In this document: piece by piece, positions 1-12,758 of the stretch
Position numbering within the stretch: the first letter of the stretch is position 1
Layout: each line of letters starts with the position of its first letter
From: Massalongia carnosa
Taxonomy: Eukaryota
Assembly: GCA_965645245.1 (NCBI GenBank)
Contig: OZ287075.1
Location: forward strand, 1,178,001 to 1,242,000
Direction: 5' to 3'
DNA length: 64,000 nt
Notes under the pieces: model-generated
What the model was told of the DNA's origin: nothing
The model's database searches: none
The model's input: only the letters and a program-made list of their open reading frames with translations
Made by a program: the position numbers and the translations under genes

Positions 1-829
1 CATCCTTTCCATCTACGTCGAATACAAGTTTTAGCATACATTTCTTTCGAGGTACGCCACTGAAGTCTTCTTCCACGTCTAGAACCCAATATAATGCTTG
101 TTTCGTCAGTCCATATAACGTTCTTCCAATCATCAATAGTCCAGTGCTGATATCGCAAACAAAATTGCAGACGAGCCTCTTTCATGATCGAATCTAGACC
201 TGGCTTTTTCGTGCTTTTACAGGGGCGAAACCCATTCTGTTTAAGCGTACGAAGTATAGTAGTGGAGGAGAGTTTATGATCAAAGCCAATCATAGCTGAT
301 GATTTTTCTCTGCTATTTCGATCTTGCACTACATTATTCAATATAGCTTGCTCTACCTCCGGTGTAACCTTTTAGGTCGTCCTGAACGAGGTGCATCTTC
401 TATGTATTCTACTTTTAAAACACGAGATACAACTGGATCATATCCACGCTGTCGTGCTTTGATTTTGAGAGCTGAAATCGATCTTGTGGAGACTCCAGTC
501 ACTTCTTGCACGATTTTCGCCGCAATTCCGTGTTCTACAAGCGCTAAAGCCTGTATTCTTTGTGCAATCGTGAGACTATTGCTCTGTGCATTGGGCATGA
601 TAATGATGATGATTAAAACCTTCTACTGAATATCAGATGTAGTAGTACTGTCTTTTTGACGAAGAGAACAGAAGCAATTCGAGATTTTTTAGTACTGTAT
701 TCCCCTTGTAAGCTAATAAACACTAATGCACGTCTCATGTACGCTAGCAAGGACCTTCAGCGTCATCCTTCGTATATTATGTTGAAGCTTTGACAGTTGT
801 GTAGTTTTATACTTTTTTCGCACCGTGTG
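1..829 (-). mobile_element. Tc1/IS630-like DNA transposon, 5' part (runs off window start); transposase frameshifted near 365
   Basis: ORF 598-353 has an N-terminal HTH ending in the Tc1 GRP motif (APRSGRPK). After a one-base shift in an A run the frame continues ...TILRTLKQNGF...KKPGL...EARLQFCLRYQHWTIDDWKNVIWTDET, which is the first catalytic Asp motif. A TIR-like end CACACGGTGCGAAAAAAGTAT lies at ~809-829 (minus strand). Confidence 0.85.
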
Positions 830-984
830 GGTGTTAACCTAGCACGCGGGTGAAAAAAAAAGGGCAAGGTGAGCCGAAATTCCCCCACCAAAACTTACCC
901 TTTTCTTCCCTTTTTTCTTCCCCATCTTCTTCCCCATTCAACATTTCAATTCGTATGACCATTGAAATTCTACATACATTCTAT

Positions 985-2079
985 TCAATGGCCAGTCATC
1001 GCCCCCTCAGCCCTAATTACCTCTTCCAATCGTTTGGGCATTGATCGAACTCTTTCATTGATGAATTCCTGCGTCACCCGTTCCCATCCATCCCTAATCA
1101 GCTGCTTCAAGCTGACATCGTCCCGATGAGGATACTTTCGAACATGCTGCTTCGCTGGCTGCCAGCAATTTTCTATAGGGGACAAATCAGGTGATGAGGC
1201 ACAATTGAAATAATGCTCTAAATGATGATCTTCCTTCCATTTCTTGACGGCATTTCTTGTCTTGCCCGTGCCATGACCAGAGTCTCCATCTTCTTCAAGT
1301 ACGTAGTCATCCCCACGCTCCAGCCAGGGCTTGACGACGGGGTCAAGAACGGATTCAATATACACCTGATGAGTCATTTTACCATTGCTGTTGCCCGGCA
1401 CGTCATGAAAGATAATATCCGACTTGAAATTGTAGCCAATTGCAGCCTAGCAATGTTTTCGTTTTCGATCTTTCTCAGGAGGCGGGTCACGATGCTGTAT
1501 GCAATCCCAACGATATCGTGTTCCGGGCTGACGAATGATTCGTAACTGTCCTTCCGGCCCATATCCAAAATGAATCTCATCACTAAATCGTACGCGATCC
1601 CATTGCTCCGGTTTGGGATATCTGGTCAGCATCATGTGAGCAAATTCGACCCGTCTTTCCATAGGTGGGTTGGCCAGCCATCCCTTGACGCAGGCCAGAC
1701 ATTTCTCATAGTTTAGAGCAGCCGACATAACATTGTGCATTGTACGACCGACAACGTCGGCCCCAATCTCCATAGCCAATTGTTCCCATATGTATCGTTT
1801 TCCTTCCAACTGTAGCCCCTTATCTTGTAGAATGTGATCTGCCTCCTGTATTTGTGCTTCCGTGACTTTTAATTTGCGACCGCGTGGCTCAACGAGCGTT
1901 GAATGATGTCTTCTTCTAGAAGATGCTCCGTTTCGAATGATCTTATAGCCCTGTCTCTCGCTTCGAATGCCAAAATGCTGAAAAACCTCTCGAGGATCGA
2001 TGGAAAAGCCTTTTGCAAGAAGAAATTCATAAGCTCCCTGCACCTTGGCCTTTTGAGGTGTATCGTAGTGGGATGGCAT
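985..2079 (-). pseudogene. Tc1-like DDE transposase (DD38E) with one in-frame nonsense codon
   Basis: Motifs MPSHYDTP...VRFSDE...[11 protein letters not shown]...[12 protein letters not shown]. ORFs 2328-1447 and 1401-985 are in the same frame and separated by a TAG at 1447-1449 in [11 protein letters not shown], probably a former TGG. Confidence 0.9.
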
Positions 2080-2106
2080 TTGAAATGTTGAATGAGGAAG
2101 AAGATA

Positions 2107-2192
2107 GGGAAGAAAAAGGGGAAGAAAAAGGGGAAGAAAAAGGGGAAGAAAAAGGGGAAGAAAAAGGGGAAGAAAAAGGGGAAGAAAAGGGG
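2107..2192. repeat. 12-bp tandem repeat (GGGGAAGAAAAA) x ~7 inside the right TIR
   Basis: Directly visible. The left TIR has only ~3 degenerate complementary units. Confidence 0.9.
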
Positions 2193-2253
2193 TAAGTTTT
2201 GGTGGGGAGTTTCGGCTCACCTTGCCCTTTTTTTTTTCACCCGCGTGCCTAGA

Positions 2254-2304
2254 GAATGAGGGTGTCAAGGTAGTGAAAAGGGGTGTCCCGGTATTAGTTC
2301 CCTT
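2254..2304. repeat. 51-bp dispersed repeat, copy 1 (copy 2 at 62090-62140)
   Basis: GAATGAGGGTGTCAAGGTAGTGAAAAGGGGTGTCCCGGTATTAGTTCCCTT; 50 of 51 bases identical to copy 2, same orientation. Confidence 0.95.
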
Positions 2305-2923
2305 CTGAAAACCCATTTTCAAGATCATTGCATGATTTTATCCCCTGTAAACTTAAGGCTGATTGAGCGCTAACCTAGGTACATAGTAGGTTGTATATCT
2401 TGCTACTTTGATGATAATACGAGTAGGAGTACTCTGTATACAGAGTACAGGGAGATTCTCTGCTCAATGTAGCCGATATTTTTATTATACGATTCAGGTC
2501 CAACTCTACATCCAAATCTTATACAGAGTAGGTATACGTCAGTCCCAAGTGATCACTCCAAGACAGCACTGACGTGATGATGCTCCCGACCGCCCGAAAC
2601 CGTGCATTCCAACTCCCTTTTGATTTCAGTACGTTTTCCAACAGTCCTATACCAAGCAAACACTTCTTTCCGGAACGCCATCCAGCTGCGCAAAGGGCGT
2701 CGTTAATATCAGGCTGCACTGCAAAATTGATATTTTTGGCCGCCTCGTGCCCCACGTTATGCAACCCTAAAGCCAAGAGTGGTTATGAAACCCAAAAACT
2801 CCTCGATCTATTTTTCCCTCCATCCAGCACCCGGAATGTCTAAATCTCACTTGACTCCTAAATTTTGCACCTCCACGGGAGAGCCATTTCGAAAAATGTG
2901 TGCGAGCCGAACATATTAGGTAC

Positions 2924-4421
2924 TTAATCCTTCCTCACTGGCGACAGGTTTGGCCACTCTTCTTTTGTGAACATAGCCTTTTGGGCCTTTTCCGTCATCC
3001 AGGCAAACCAAGGCTCAACTTTGATGGCCCAGAAATGTGTGGCCGCGAAAAAAATCCCAAGGAAGATGGGCATGACGATGATGAACCTCGGGATGCCTGG
3101 TAGAGGGTATCGTAACACAGCCACCCTATCTTCCTCTACAATCATGAGATGTTGCCCGTAAAATAGCATCCAAGCGAGGATGCTGCGCATAAAGGATCCA
3201 TGCAGGAGATACAACGGGAAACTAATCTTTCCCAACCAAAGTAGCCATCTATGGCTCAAGCCACGCCGGAGATGTGGAGAAAGCACGATTGCGAGAGTAA
3301 GCAACTGGGCGCCGATGGTGGGCCAGAAGCGAGCGACCTCGATGTTGTCGGGAGCGATTTTGTAACACGCTTGAAGAAGAAAATTGGACCAATAGGTCCA
3401 GGGTTGAAACTGAGAGGGAAATGACATTAAGAATAGGCCTGTAAGAACGAGAGGCGGAGCAAATAGGTGAGAGTAGGATGATAAAAGGAGAGGAAATCGT
3501 GAATGGTGGAGCTCGACGAGTAGGATTCCGGCAAAGACGTTGACCCCAACCATTGCTGCAGAGTAGTTTAAGTTAGTAAACTATCTCGAAGCTCGTGTTC
3601 AAATTGCTTACGATCTCCAAGCTTGATGCCCCAGTTGAAGGACCAGAAGTAGCAGAACACCAGAGCGGTTACACGAAAACTTGACTTGAGGTTTATCGTC
3701 ACGAGCAAGGCGGTGAAGACGAACATTGAACCTTGAAGAAGGTATAGCAAGGCCCATTGAGGTTGATCGTAGGGGTTGTCGGGGTTATACGTCCATGTCG
3801 TCCGAACAGCATGTAGCAGGTCCTTGACTGCATCTGTCCAGCAGAGGCTCGGTCTCGGGCTTGTCACGTACAGCCAGTATGCATTCGAATTCCTTGCTAT
3901 TTCGTAGGCACCGAGCTGGCAGATGAACCAGCTAAGGGCAGTGGCCGCTGTAGCAGGAAGGAACAATCGAAATGACCGCTTGAAGGAGCTGATTGCAAGA
4001 TTCGATAGAGCAGTCTCGATATTCCCCCCCTTTGCGAGTTTGATCGGTTTCAATGCATTCACGAAGCCGGAGAGAATGAAGAACAACGCCACCCAAGCTG
4101 GCCCTTGCCCCACGAGACGGAAGAAGGGCTTTTGCAGCAGGGAGGAGTGTGCATGTAATCCATCCGAGGGCCTGACAATGTATCGAGCAAAGGCAAGTAC
4201 CATATGGCTGCTCATCACAAACACGGCCGCAATGCCTCGAAGGCCCTTGCACAGGGTGAGCTTGGGGAATCTTATATGGGCAAGTGCACAAATCAACTCA
4301 TAGCACATACATCTGCCCAAGAACTATCTTCCAGTGCTGTTTTAGCAGCATTTTTGTCGATAGCTGGTTTTTGAAACCCCTTTATGGCGTAGATATTAAG
4401 AATGGCTTTTGATAACGACAT
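2924..4421 (-). CDS. Acyltransferase-3 family multi-pass membrane protein (3 exons)
   Basis: Motifs WAD/GLRGIAA, FFILSGFV, RSFRLFLP and LGKISFPLYLLH. GT-AG introns at 4310-4246 and 3611-3556 join the ORFs in frame. Confidence 0.85.
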
Positions 4422-5624
4422 ATTCTTCGACAAGAGGAAAGAACGGAGAGCTTTCCTTAGAGGGTTAGGGAAGGGATTCTATGAAGGGGATGTCTCAAGA
4501 GGCCATTGAATGGGGTCTAATGGCCGAACCAAAGGAAAGAGGCACTCAAAGGCCGCATGGAGGGGGATTAAGGGCCAAGAATAAGGCCGGTGGTATCGGG
4601 ATCTACCGTTTGAAGCGTAGTTTGTATGATTTGCCCGCCTGTTTCATGTATTGCTGTCACAGCAATGCACCAGGTCATTGGTTCAATGCATTATTGGTAG
4701 AGAGCTGGCTAGTAGTGACGTCTGCTGAGATGTGAGGAGGACAAATAAGACATGGCTGATGAGTGGTAAAAGGCGATTGAAAATTAAACAGGGAAACCAT
4801 GATCTTTGGGTTTGGTCCGTTAGTTGCTGCCCCTGGAGGAAGGTTTCATCCAGCAAAGTAAGTTCGTAACCTGGGGTCGGGTAGGGGGTAAGATTAACGG
4901 TTAGCAAAATCGATCCGGTGGCGCATGGCGTATGCACCTCGGTACCAAATAGGGTCCCAGCGGAGCTGAATGGTCTTGTGGATCATTTACAATTTTCCAC
5001 CCTTCACTGTCATATTCCCCGTATTATGCCACTTCATTCATTTAGATCCAGACCACTCGTACACCAAAGCAACAAGGTGTATTAGCTACATCCGCAACCT
5101 GAGAAACAAACCATATGGAATGGTACAGAGTGAGTACAGAGTTCTCTGCGAGAAGACTGAAAAAGGACAGATACATGGACATTCGATGTTGCTCGGAACG
5201 ATGGGGTGATGTGCTGCTACGATTAATGCACCTATCATGTGCTGTCGATCTCCTAGTTTGAAGCACACAAGCAACGACGAAGCGCGTATCCGTGCCAGCG
5301 GTTACCTACGCACTTACAGAATACAGTACCTGTACCGCAAACGAAAATCAAACTGTCCGATGAACCACTGTTGCTATTGTGCTAGGGAGCTGAAGGTGGC
5401 ATTCCCTTCATGCGCTCACTACTTGGCGTGCCTTGCCACTTCTTGCTTCACTCCAAACAACTCAGCCCGACCAAAAGAGACGTAAAGGATTGGTAGCAAT
5501 TGGATTCGTCTATACGAATTGATGATTGGGTGAAAACACTGCATGGTTCTTGGGGACACGTCACGCAAAAAATGGTATGATGGATACATTTGAGACGACC
5601 TATGAAAGGCATCAGGAAGCATAA

Positions 5625-7150
5625 CTATCCGTCGTCACACTCACGCACGATGAAAATATGCTCCTTGGCGTGATGGAGAAGTTTAGTGGAGAGTACTGTT
5701 GAGATATCTCGTGGGAACATCGCCTTGTTCCTTATGATACACAAGGAAAACTTGGACAATCTCTCGCATTCAATACTGCCGCGAATTTCGTGACTGCACA
5801 AGTACTCTGTAAAAATTTCAAAATGCCATCCTGGTCTTCGGCTCGCATCGGGGCTCAAGTCTCCGGATACTGTCTGATGTCCCCCCTCATGGCTTGAGAC
5901 TATGCCCCACACGCAATATGTGCTGGCCTTCTTTTGAAATAAGGTAACTTCTATTCCTGCTGCCATGGGCACGGTTGATGCTTTGTCAAGGATCGTCAGT
6001 ATAACTGATTGAAATCTCACGTTCGACAACCCTGGGTGCACTTTTCTTACCTCGCTTTGCTAGTCTCCCCACCTAAGGGTTGCTAGTGCTTCTTCCGCTA
6101 GAAAGCTGTGCAAAGAGGCCAGTCATGCACTCTTCTAACAGAAAATCAACCAAGCTCTTCAGGATTGTCCAAGCTACATAAAGCACGTGTTGGACTGTGA
6201 TCGCAAAGGCGTAGTTTCCGGCTATCTTGGTGAACGGATCGTCCTTGGGATCCAGTTTCAAACTGTCCATGGGCTTAAACTCCCAGGCAGCGTGTTCACA
6301 GCTGACCACCATTGGTTGGCCTAAGCTTTTATCACAAACAGTGATCATATGGTCCACGTCAAGAGCGGAGGTTTGATCATCGAAAACTCCTTCTGACCAG
6401 CCACGACTTCTGTTACGCCTCATATTACCCATCGCTTTGCCTAAGTTGCCCAGCGCCCTGGCCGCCGGTTGCCGATCTTCATCAGGATGATTCCTGAGCC
6501 ACTTCTGGATTCCTGAGCCTACAGCTACAGGGATACCAATCTCAGCCTCCGGCTTCTTGGTGGTATTATCTTCAGTGACGCTGACAAGGAGGAAAGGGAT
6601 TGGTACCACTATCTGCTACGAACATTCTGCGTTAGCTGAAAGCCATGCATTACCTCTGTTTAAAATTTGCTGCATGGGGAGTAACTCACTAGATAGCGCC
6701 GAGTTTGGTGGCGGCCGCTTCATGTACCCAACGAGTTGCTATATCTCAACTGTTTCAATTCCTCCAACTTTCAACTCCCAAACGCATTGTCTAATGATTG
6801 ATACTGCTGTCTGACGTATAGTTTCTGGCGTAGCTTCTATCCCAGTAATGTGGCCTGGAGGAGCATCGATGGTGCTTTTGCAAAGACCTAGCAATTTAAG
6901 TCAATTTGTCGATCGAGAAACTCCCTGTTAATGAAAGAAAAATAATCGAACTAGCTTACAGTATTTGAAGGAGGAGCCTATGATATCAACTGTCTCACCG
7001 AGAGGATCTTCGTATTCTACCAGCAATCCAATATTAGGCCGATACGTCCCAAGATCATGTTCTTCGTCGTGTATGTTGTAATACAACATTATTGGTCTCG
7101 TTGGAAAATCTTCATTCTGGCATCATATTCCAGGCCTCCATGCGTCTTTG
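5625..7150 (-). pseudogene. Multi-exon hypothetical gene, probably disrupted
   Basis: Consecutive minus-strand ORFs (6609-6073, 6041-5625), intron-like GTAAG/GTGAG...AG segments and in-frame stops. No family recognised; boundaries approximate. Confidence 0.35.
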
Positions 7151-7899
7151 GTTATTAAGATGGTTCCCGCATAGGAAGTTTCAAAAATTTAAGCTGCTAT
7201 CGTGCACTATGAAAACTATGGTGGGAATCTGCGCCATTTTCCACAAGAAAGGCAACTTATGAAGAGGCAAACAACACTCGAGGAGCCTTCCTCCGTCAAT
7301 GGAGAGACGACCATTGGTCGAGTGTTTGACCGAATGGATGATCCCAAAAGTGACTGGAATTACCCATCATCGTATCTCCATATCAACATAAGGTACCAGC
7401 TTTTTTGGCATACTGGCTGATTGCTTTAGCAATCCGTGTGATTTCTCTGGGAAGTCGTTCGATTCCCTAAGGTAGGGTTCGAACTGACTCTACCTTACCA
7501 GGCTATATGAAGTAAAGGTATGTATTTTCGGAACGGAACCTTTGCATAAATTCTTTTGAATTTGAGACCTTCTAAAGTTTTAGTACTCGTTACAAGATGC
7601 AGGGCCGTTGATAATCCATGGAATCAAGTCTTCGCCTATTGGAGTCCTAGGTCTAGAGTACGAACAACATTATTCGCTTGGCAATATCGTTCCAGAAGGA
7701 GAGAGAGTTTGTAATTTTTTGTTTAATTTCTAAAAAAGGGGTACGACTCCCATCACAAAGAGACAGCTGGGATTATACCAGATACGTTAGTATAAGTTTT
7801 TTGTTATGCCGGCAGCAAGGCCATTTCTGATTTTTGTCATTTTTCCATTATTTCTCCTTTTAGTTTATCCTGAAAACTCTCTTCAATACATTTCATACG

Positions 7900-8820
7900 T
7901 CTCACTCAAAGCATTCGTCATCTACATTCGCACCATCTGCTGCAGGCAACGTTAACGGCAACGACAGGAGCCATGATATGCTGACCATTGTTCAGCTGTT
8001 CCATAATCAAGGCTGCTCGTCATACCCGCCTACCCATGCAATTTTGCTCAGGCTTGGTCAGGAACCGGATATACCCATTCTCAATTATGAGGTGACGATT
8101 TGGATCCATTTGGGATGAAAGAATACGTTCCGCCACCAGTCATTTGACATTCAACAATGGGAATATGCAAGACGCCTCACCAGCTGAAACGTGTTTACTC
8201 CACAGAATAGTCTTGAGAGCAAGCGGGAAAAGGTCTAACATGTACTGATGCTCCTGTACTTAGGTATTTGTCAATGGACGAGGTAAGGGCTTGGCAATAC
8301 ATCAGATCAATCACAACACCGGATCGAAACAGGAACTGAAGCAGCAGGTAATCGTTTTCCCTTCAGTAGAGACGACAGGACTGTCATTGTGACTGGTCGA
8401 AAGGGTGACGGAGGATTCATTTCGTTGGTCATGTATGCCCCTCAAGTCTACAATGTACTTATGGAGGAAACAGCGGGCGGAGTTTGCCTCACAAAAACCA
8501 TCGTTTGCGAGGTTCGCATACTTGGAGCCTGGTCTGAGGGAGAGCAACGACCCCAATAAGGTTTGGGAGCGGTCGTCCTGGTCCAGGATGGTCTGTGCGG
8601 GTCCGATTATTGGAGCCTCATAATTTGGCGGATCCATAGCCCGATCTGAAGGATTTGATGGCAGGTTCTGTTGCATGTACGGTCGCGTGATGAAAAGACA
8701 CAGCACCCTGCATCCCATCTGGGCACGGTGCTGAGAGTTTCAATATTGCTGTCGTCACAGCAGGGCGCACCAATGTGAAGTGGCGGTGTGGACGGGAGGG
8801 AGGGGGAGGCGCGGACATGC
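7900..8820 (-). pseudogene. Possible degraded hypothetical gene
   Basis: ORF 8718-8311 and protein-like fragments downstream with stops. No family recognised. Confidence 0.25.
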
Positions 8821-8886
8821 AAGTAATATGACTCCAATTTTGCAGCCGGGACACTGCACACAGTGGGTGTCAAAAGTTTTTACCTA

Positions 8887-11447
8887 ATCGTCGGCTCGCT
8901 TAGTGGGATCCGACTCGGAGGCCGTCGCCTCCTAGTCGGGGAAAGCGATTTGCATCCATTCAAACTGAAATTTTCACCTTTTACCCTCAACCACATTGAT
9001 TTATTGATTCTAAATTTCATACAAAGCTCGAAAGGCATCGTCATCATCAAAGCCGTCATTAAAATCATCCCTCTGACCCCCCTGACCCCCTTGACCACCC
9101 TGACCACCCTGATTATTCTGATCTTCCTGATACCCCGCATACCCCGCATCCCCCTCATAATTCGAAGCATCTCCCGATTCGAAACCTGGATCGAAAGACA
9201 CAAAATCATCTCGTAGCCATGCTTCTTCTTCTGGAATGTCCGGAATGTTCGAAATGTTCGAAATGCCTCCATTTCTAGCTTCAGTCTCATCTACAATAAA
9301 TGTGACGTCTTCTTCAACATTGGCACGAGCAGATGCAGATGGATTCTTTCTGGCTTCTTTTTTCGCTTCCTCAGCTATCCACACCTCATTCGTCGCTTTC
9401 CATAATGCCTCGGGGTCAGGAATCTCCTCATACATCTCAACTGAGATGGCACCGAGCCCTTTCTGCATCTCTTTTAGTCGTTTGACTCGATCCCTTTCTG
9501 CTTTTCGAGCAGTCACCCCTTTGACATGAATTTCGTCTCTTTCCGTTCTCCACAACTTCATGAAGTTATTATTCTCCTTCTTCTTCTCAATTTCCTGATC
9601 TTTTTGTAGCTTCATGGCTATAGCTTGCTTCGCATCTTCAGCGGTTATTCCCAATCTTCCGATTTCAGGTCTCAATCTTTTACGAGATATTCGTCTGCTG
9701 TTTAGCTGATTCGTTCTTTGCTGCTGATACATTTCAAGCTCCGCTTCTCCGAGTATAGACTTCGAAATGATCTCTTTCGTACCAGCTATAAAAGAAGCAA
9801 ATTCCCCTGCTCGGGCGGGATCACTCCATTGCATAGATTCTTGAATTTTTGACCCCCATTGACGCAATCCATGTTCTATGTCGACTATATCCCTAGGTTG
9901 AATTTGACGAGGTAGAGGAAGTGAGGGCTGATCAGTCAGATCAGAATTGTTCAGACTAGAATTGTCGAGAATGAATTGTTTCAGCTGACGAATGCATGCT
10001 TCTGGATTGACCAGCCACATTCCCGAATTTTCAAATGCATGTCGGATTGTAGAAGCTTTGAATGTCTGGTTTCTAATTTTGATCAAATCCTGAAGAAACC
10101 GAGTCAGGGAATACTCGACAAATGACGATGCAACATTCTCCTCAATAGCCTGTTGATGCCAGTGTTTATAGGGCTGAAATACGCCGACATCCAATGGCTG
10201 CATGCAATGAGTCAAATGTGGAATTAGTGGGTAGGGACGAATGTGATTTGCATTGGCCAGAAGTACAAATTCAGGAGTAACGTGACTGCCATGATTATCC
10301 ATCAGGAGCAATTTCCAATCTGCATTAGGTCCTACATCCGAATTTTGAATGAGATGCTTCAAATATTCAATTGCTATCTTATCAGATGTGAAACCACTGT
10401 CGGAAGGCACAATACGCGTGCCCACCGGCAAATCCTCCGAAAACCACGTCGCCATGATTTCCTGACCCTGTATGATGATCATGGGGGGAGGGGATAGTCG
10501 CCAGCAGCATTGATCGTCTCAATGACCGTCGCAGATCTGCGATTCTCCGGGCTGACGGCGTAGAATTGCTTGATTTCCATAGGAACGTAGATTTCCTGAC
10601 CCTTCATGCATCCAATTCGAAAACCAGCTTCATCAAAGTTTAGAATGTTTCGTCTTCTTCTGATTTTCAATTCTCTCAATACCTCTTTGTAGCCATCAAA
10701 CCATTTGATCACATCTGATTCTTCAGCGGCTTCAAAGCGAATCATTGGTAATGGTTTGGTCTTAATCTTGTGTAAATTGCTACGTTTCCACCAAGACCGA
10801 AACCATCGTCTTGATGGAGCTTTTAATTTATGAGCCTTTCTCAGACTTACAATTGCATTAAAAGCCATGTGATGCGTAGGTGGAATTCCATGTATCAATA
10901 AGGATTTAATGAATCCATCTAAAGCCCTAGCTTCATGCTCTTTCAGTATCTGATTTTCTCCCCCCTTTTTTTTCCCTTCTTTTTTCTGTCCTTCTTTCGG
11001 ATGACGACGAACAAAAGACGTCAACGTTTTAACGTTGACATTGTAGATTTTTGACGCAGCAGCCTTGCTTTCTTCGGGATGATCAATCAGAAATTGCTTC
11101 GCTTCTTCCAATCTTTCCATGGGGCTGAGAGTGGAAACCAAGATTGAGGCATTATTTTCCATGGTACGAAGGGAGGTTGAAAACCTCTTTTCGAAAGTTG
11201 CAAATGCGATAATAAAGGATCGGAAATTGAGGGGGGGGGATAATTTGATGACAACGATGACGACGACGATGCTTTCAAGCTTTTTACGATATTAAGTAAT
11301 GATTGATCAATGTGGTTGAGGGTAAAAGGTGAAAAATGGTCAAAATTTCAGTTTGAATGGATGCAAATCGCTTTCCGGATGCAAATCGCTTTCCCCGACT
11401 AGGAGGCGACGGCCTCCGAGTCGGATCCCACTAAGCGAGCCGACGAT
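8887..11447 (-). mobile_element. Fot1/pogo-like DNA transposon with long (~180-200 bp) TIRs and TA TSD
   Basis: TA at 8885-8886 and 11448-11449. Inverted repeats ATCGTCGGCTCGCTTAGTGGGATCCGACTCGGAGGCC... at both ends. Confidence 0.93.
9010..11162 (-). CDS. Fot1/pogo DDE_1 transposase (DD35D), split by a single frameshift at ~10480
   Basis: N-terminal HTH, then LNFDEAGF, LLLMDNHGSH and MQPLDVGVF. The shift lies in a C homopolymer (minus strand) and could be an assembly error. Confidence 0.88.
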
Positions 11448-11523
11448 TAATGAGGGTAGGATTTTTAAGCGAAAATCCCCCATATGGATGAAATTTTTTT
11501 TAGATTTCCTCCCCCAATCAACC

Positions 11524-12758
11524 ATGGCACCATCTACTCCACCACCACAGGCCAAAAAATCCCCTGATGCTGATACTATCAGAAAAACCCGCTTTTTTCA
11601 TGCTATTGATCATCGGCCGGAAAATGTCACCATCAAAGATGTCTGCGAGCAGGAGAGCATCAAGCTCGATCGAGGAAAATATTGGCTGAAGCAACGCCAG
11701 CGTCTTGAAGACGTCGCCTATCGACGACGTTCTCGTAGCGGTCGACCTAAAAAAGTGAGCACTCAGTTGATAAATCAGATGCTGAATCCACATACAAATA
11801 GCGTTCGCGATCAGCCGTACACCGTACAATTAGAGCACTTTCATATAGATGCAACGCGACGTACACTGCAAAGAGCATTCAGTGCTCGCAAACCTCGTGC
11901 CGCTCGATTTAAAAAGCGAAGGTGAAAACGCTCAGTCAGAAAAACGAGCGACTACGAGTTCTATACGGGAAAGAGCATGAAAATCATACTATTGAGAATT
12001 TCTGGCAGTACGTTCATTTCACGGATGAGGCTCATTTTGACCCGGATCAAACGTACCAAGAGCGAGTTCTTCGAGAGGAAGGCACTAGATACGAGTCAGA
12101 AAACATGCAAAAGATGCCGGACATGAAGGGAGTAAAACTGCATGTGGCCGCTTCTATTTCGTGGCATCATAAAGGGCCGCTGACGTTTTACAATGACGAG
12201 CACGACACGCCTGAAATTCAGGTTCACAAGCCCAGAAAACCACGCAAGTCGAAGTATGAAACGGAGCATGATCATCGTCAGCGAATAGCTGAATGGGAGG
12301 CTTCTCTACCTCACGATTTAGAGATTAAATCAAAAGGCAATAGCATGACTCAAGCTTATTATACGGAGCGTCTGCTTCCCGGCTATATGACTGAAATTCA
12401 TGAATGTCGTGTTTTTCATGATCGATTTTGCATCTTTCAAGAAGATAACGATCCTAGTCACGGCACACGATCTACAGACAATATCGTACGTAGATTCAAG
12501 GCAGCTAGCTGGATTGAAACATTGAATCATCCTCCGCAATCCCCTGATCTCAATCCAACGGAAGGGGTATGGAATATTCTGAAACAGCGAGTTAGACGGC
12601 GACGGTGCATCAATGTGAGAGAGTTAAAACGGGTGATTCTAGATGAATGGGACAAAATATCTATAGATGAAATTCGGGCCCGAATTAAGGAGATGCCTGA
12701 TCGATGTAAGAGATTAATAGCGACGGAGGGCAAAGCAATAAAATCCGATCTATGGTAA
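11524..12758 (+). CDS. Tc1-like transposase (DD38E), split by a single frameshift at ~11910-11925
   Basis: Motifs RSGRPKK, HFTDE, FQEDNDPSHG and PPQSPDLNPTEGVW. Overlapping ORFs 11329-11925 and 11922-12758. Confidence 0.88.

Larger units (their letters stand above)
843..2247 (-). mobile_element. Complete Tc1/IS630-like element with long TIRs (843-~949 and ~2080-2247)
   Basis: Inverted repeats CACGCGGGTGAAAAAAAAAGGGCAAGGTGAGCCGAAA... are present at both ends, CCTAG flanks both sides (838-842, 2248-2252), and the element encloses a transposase. Confidence 0.92.
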
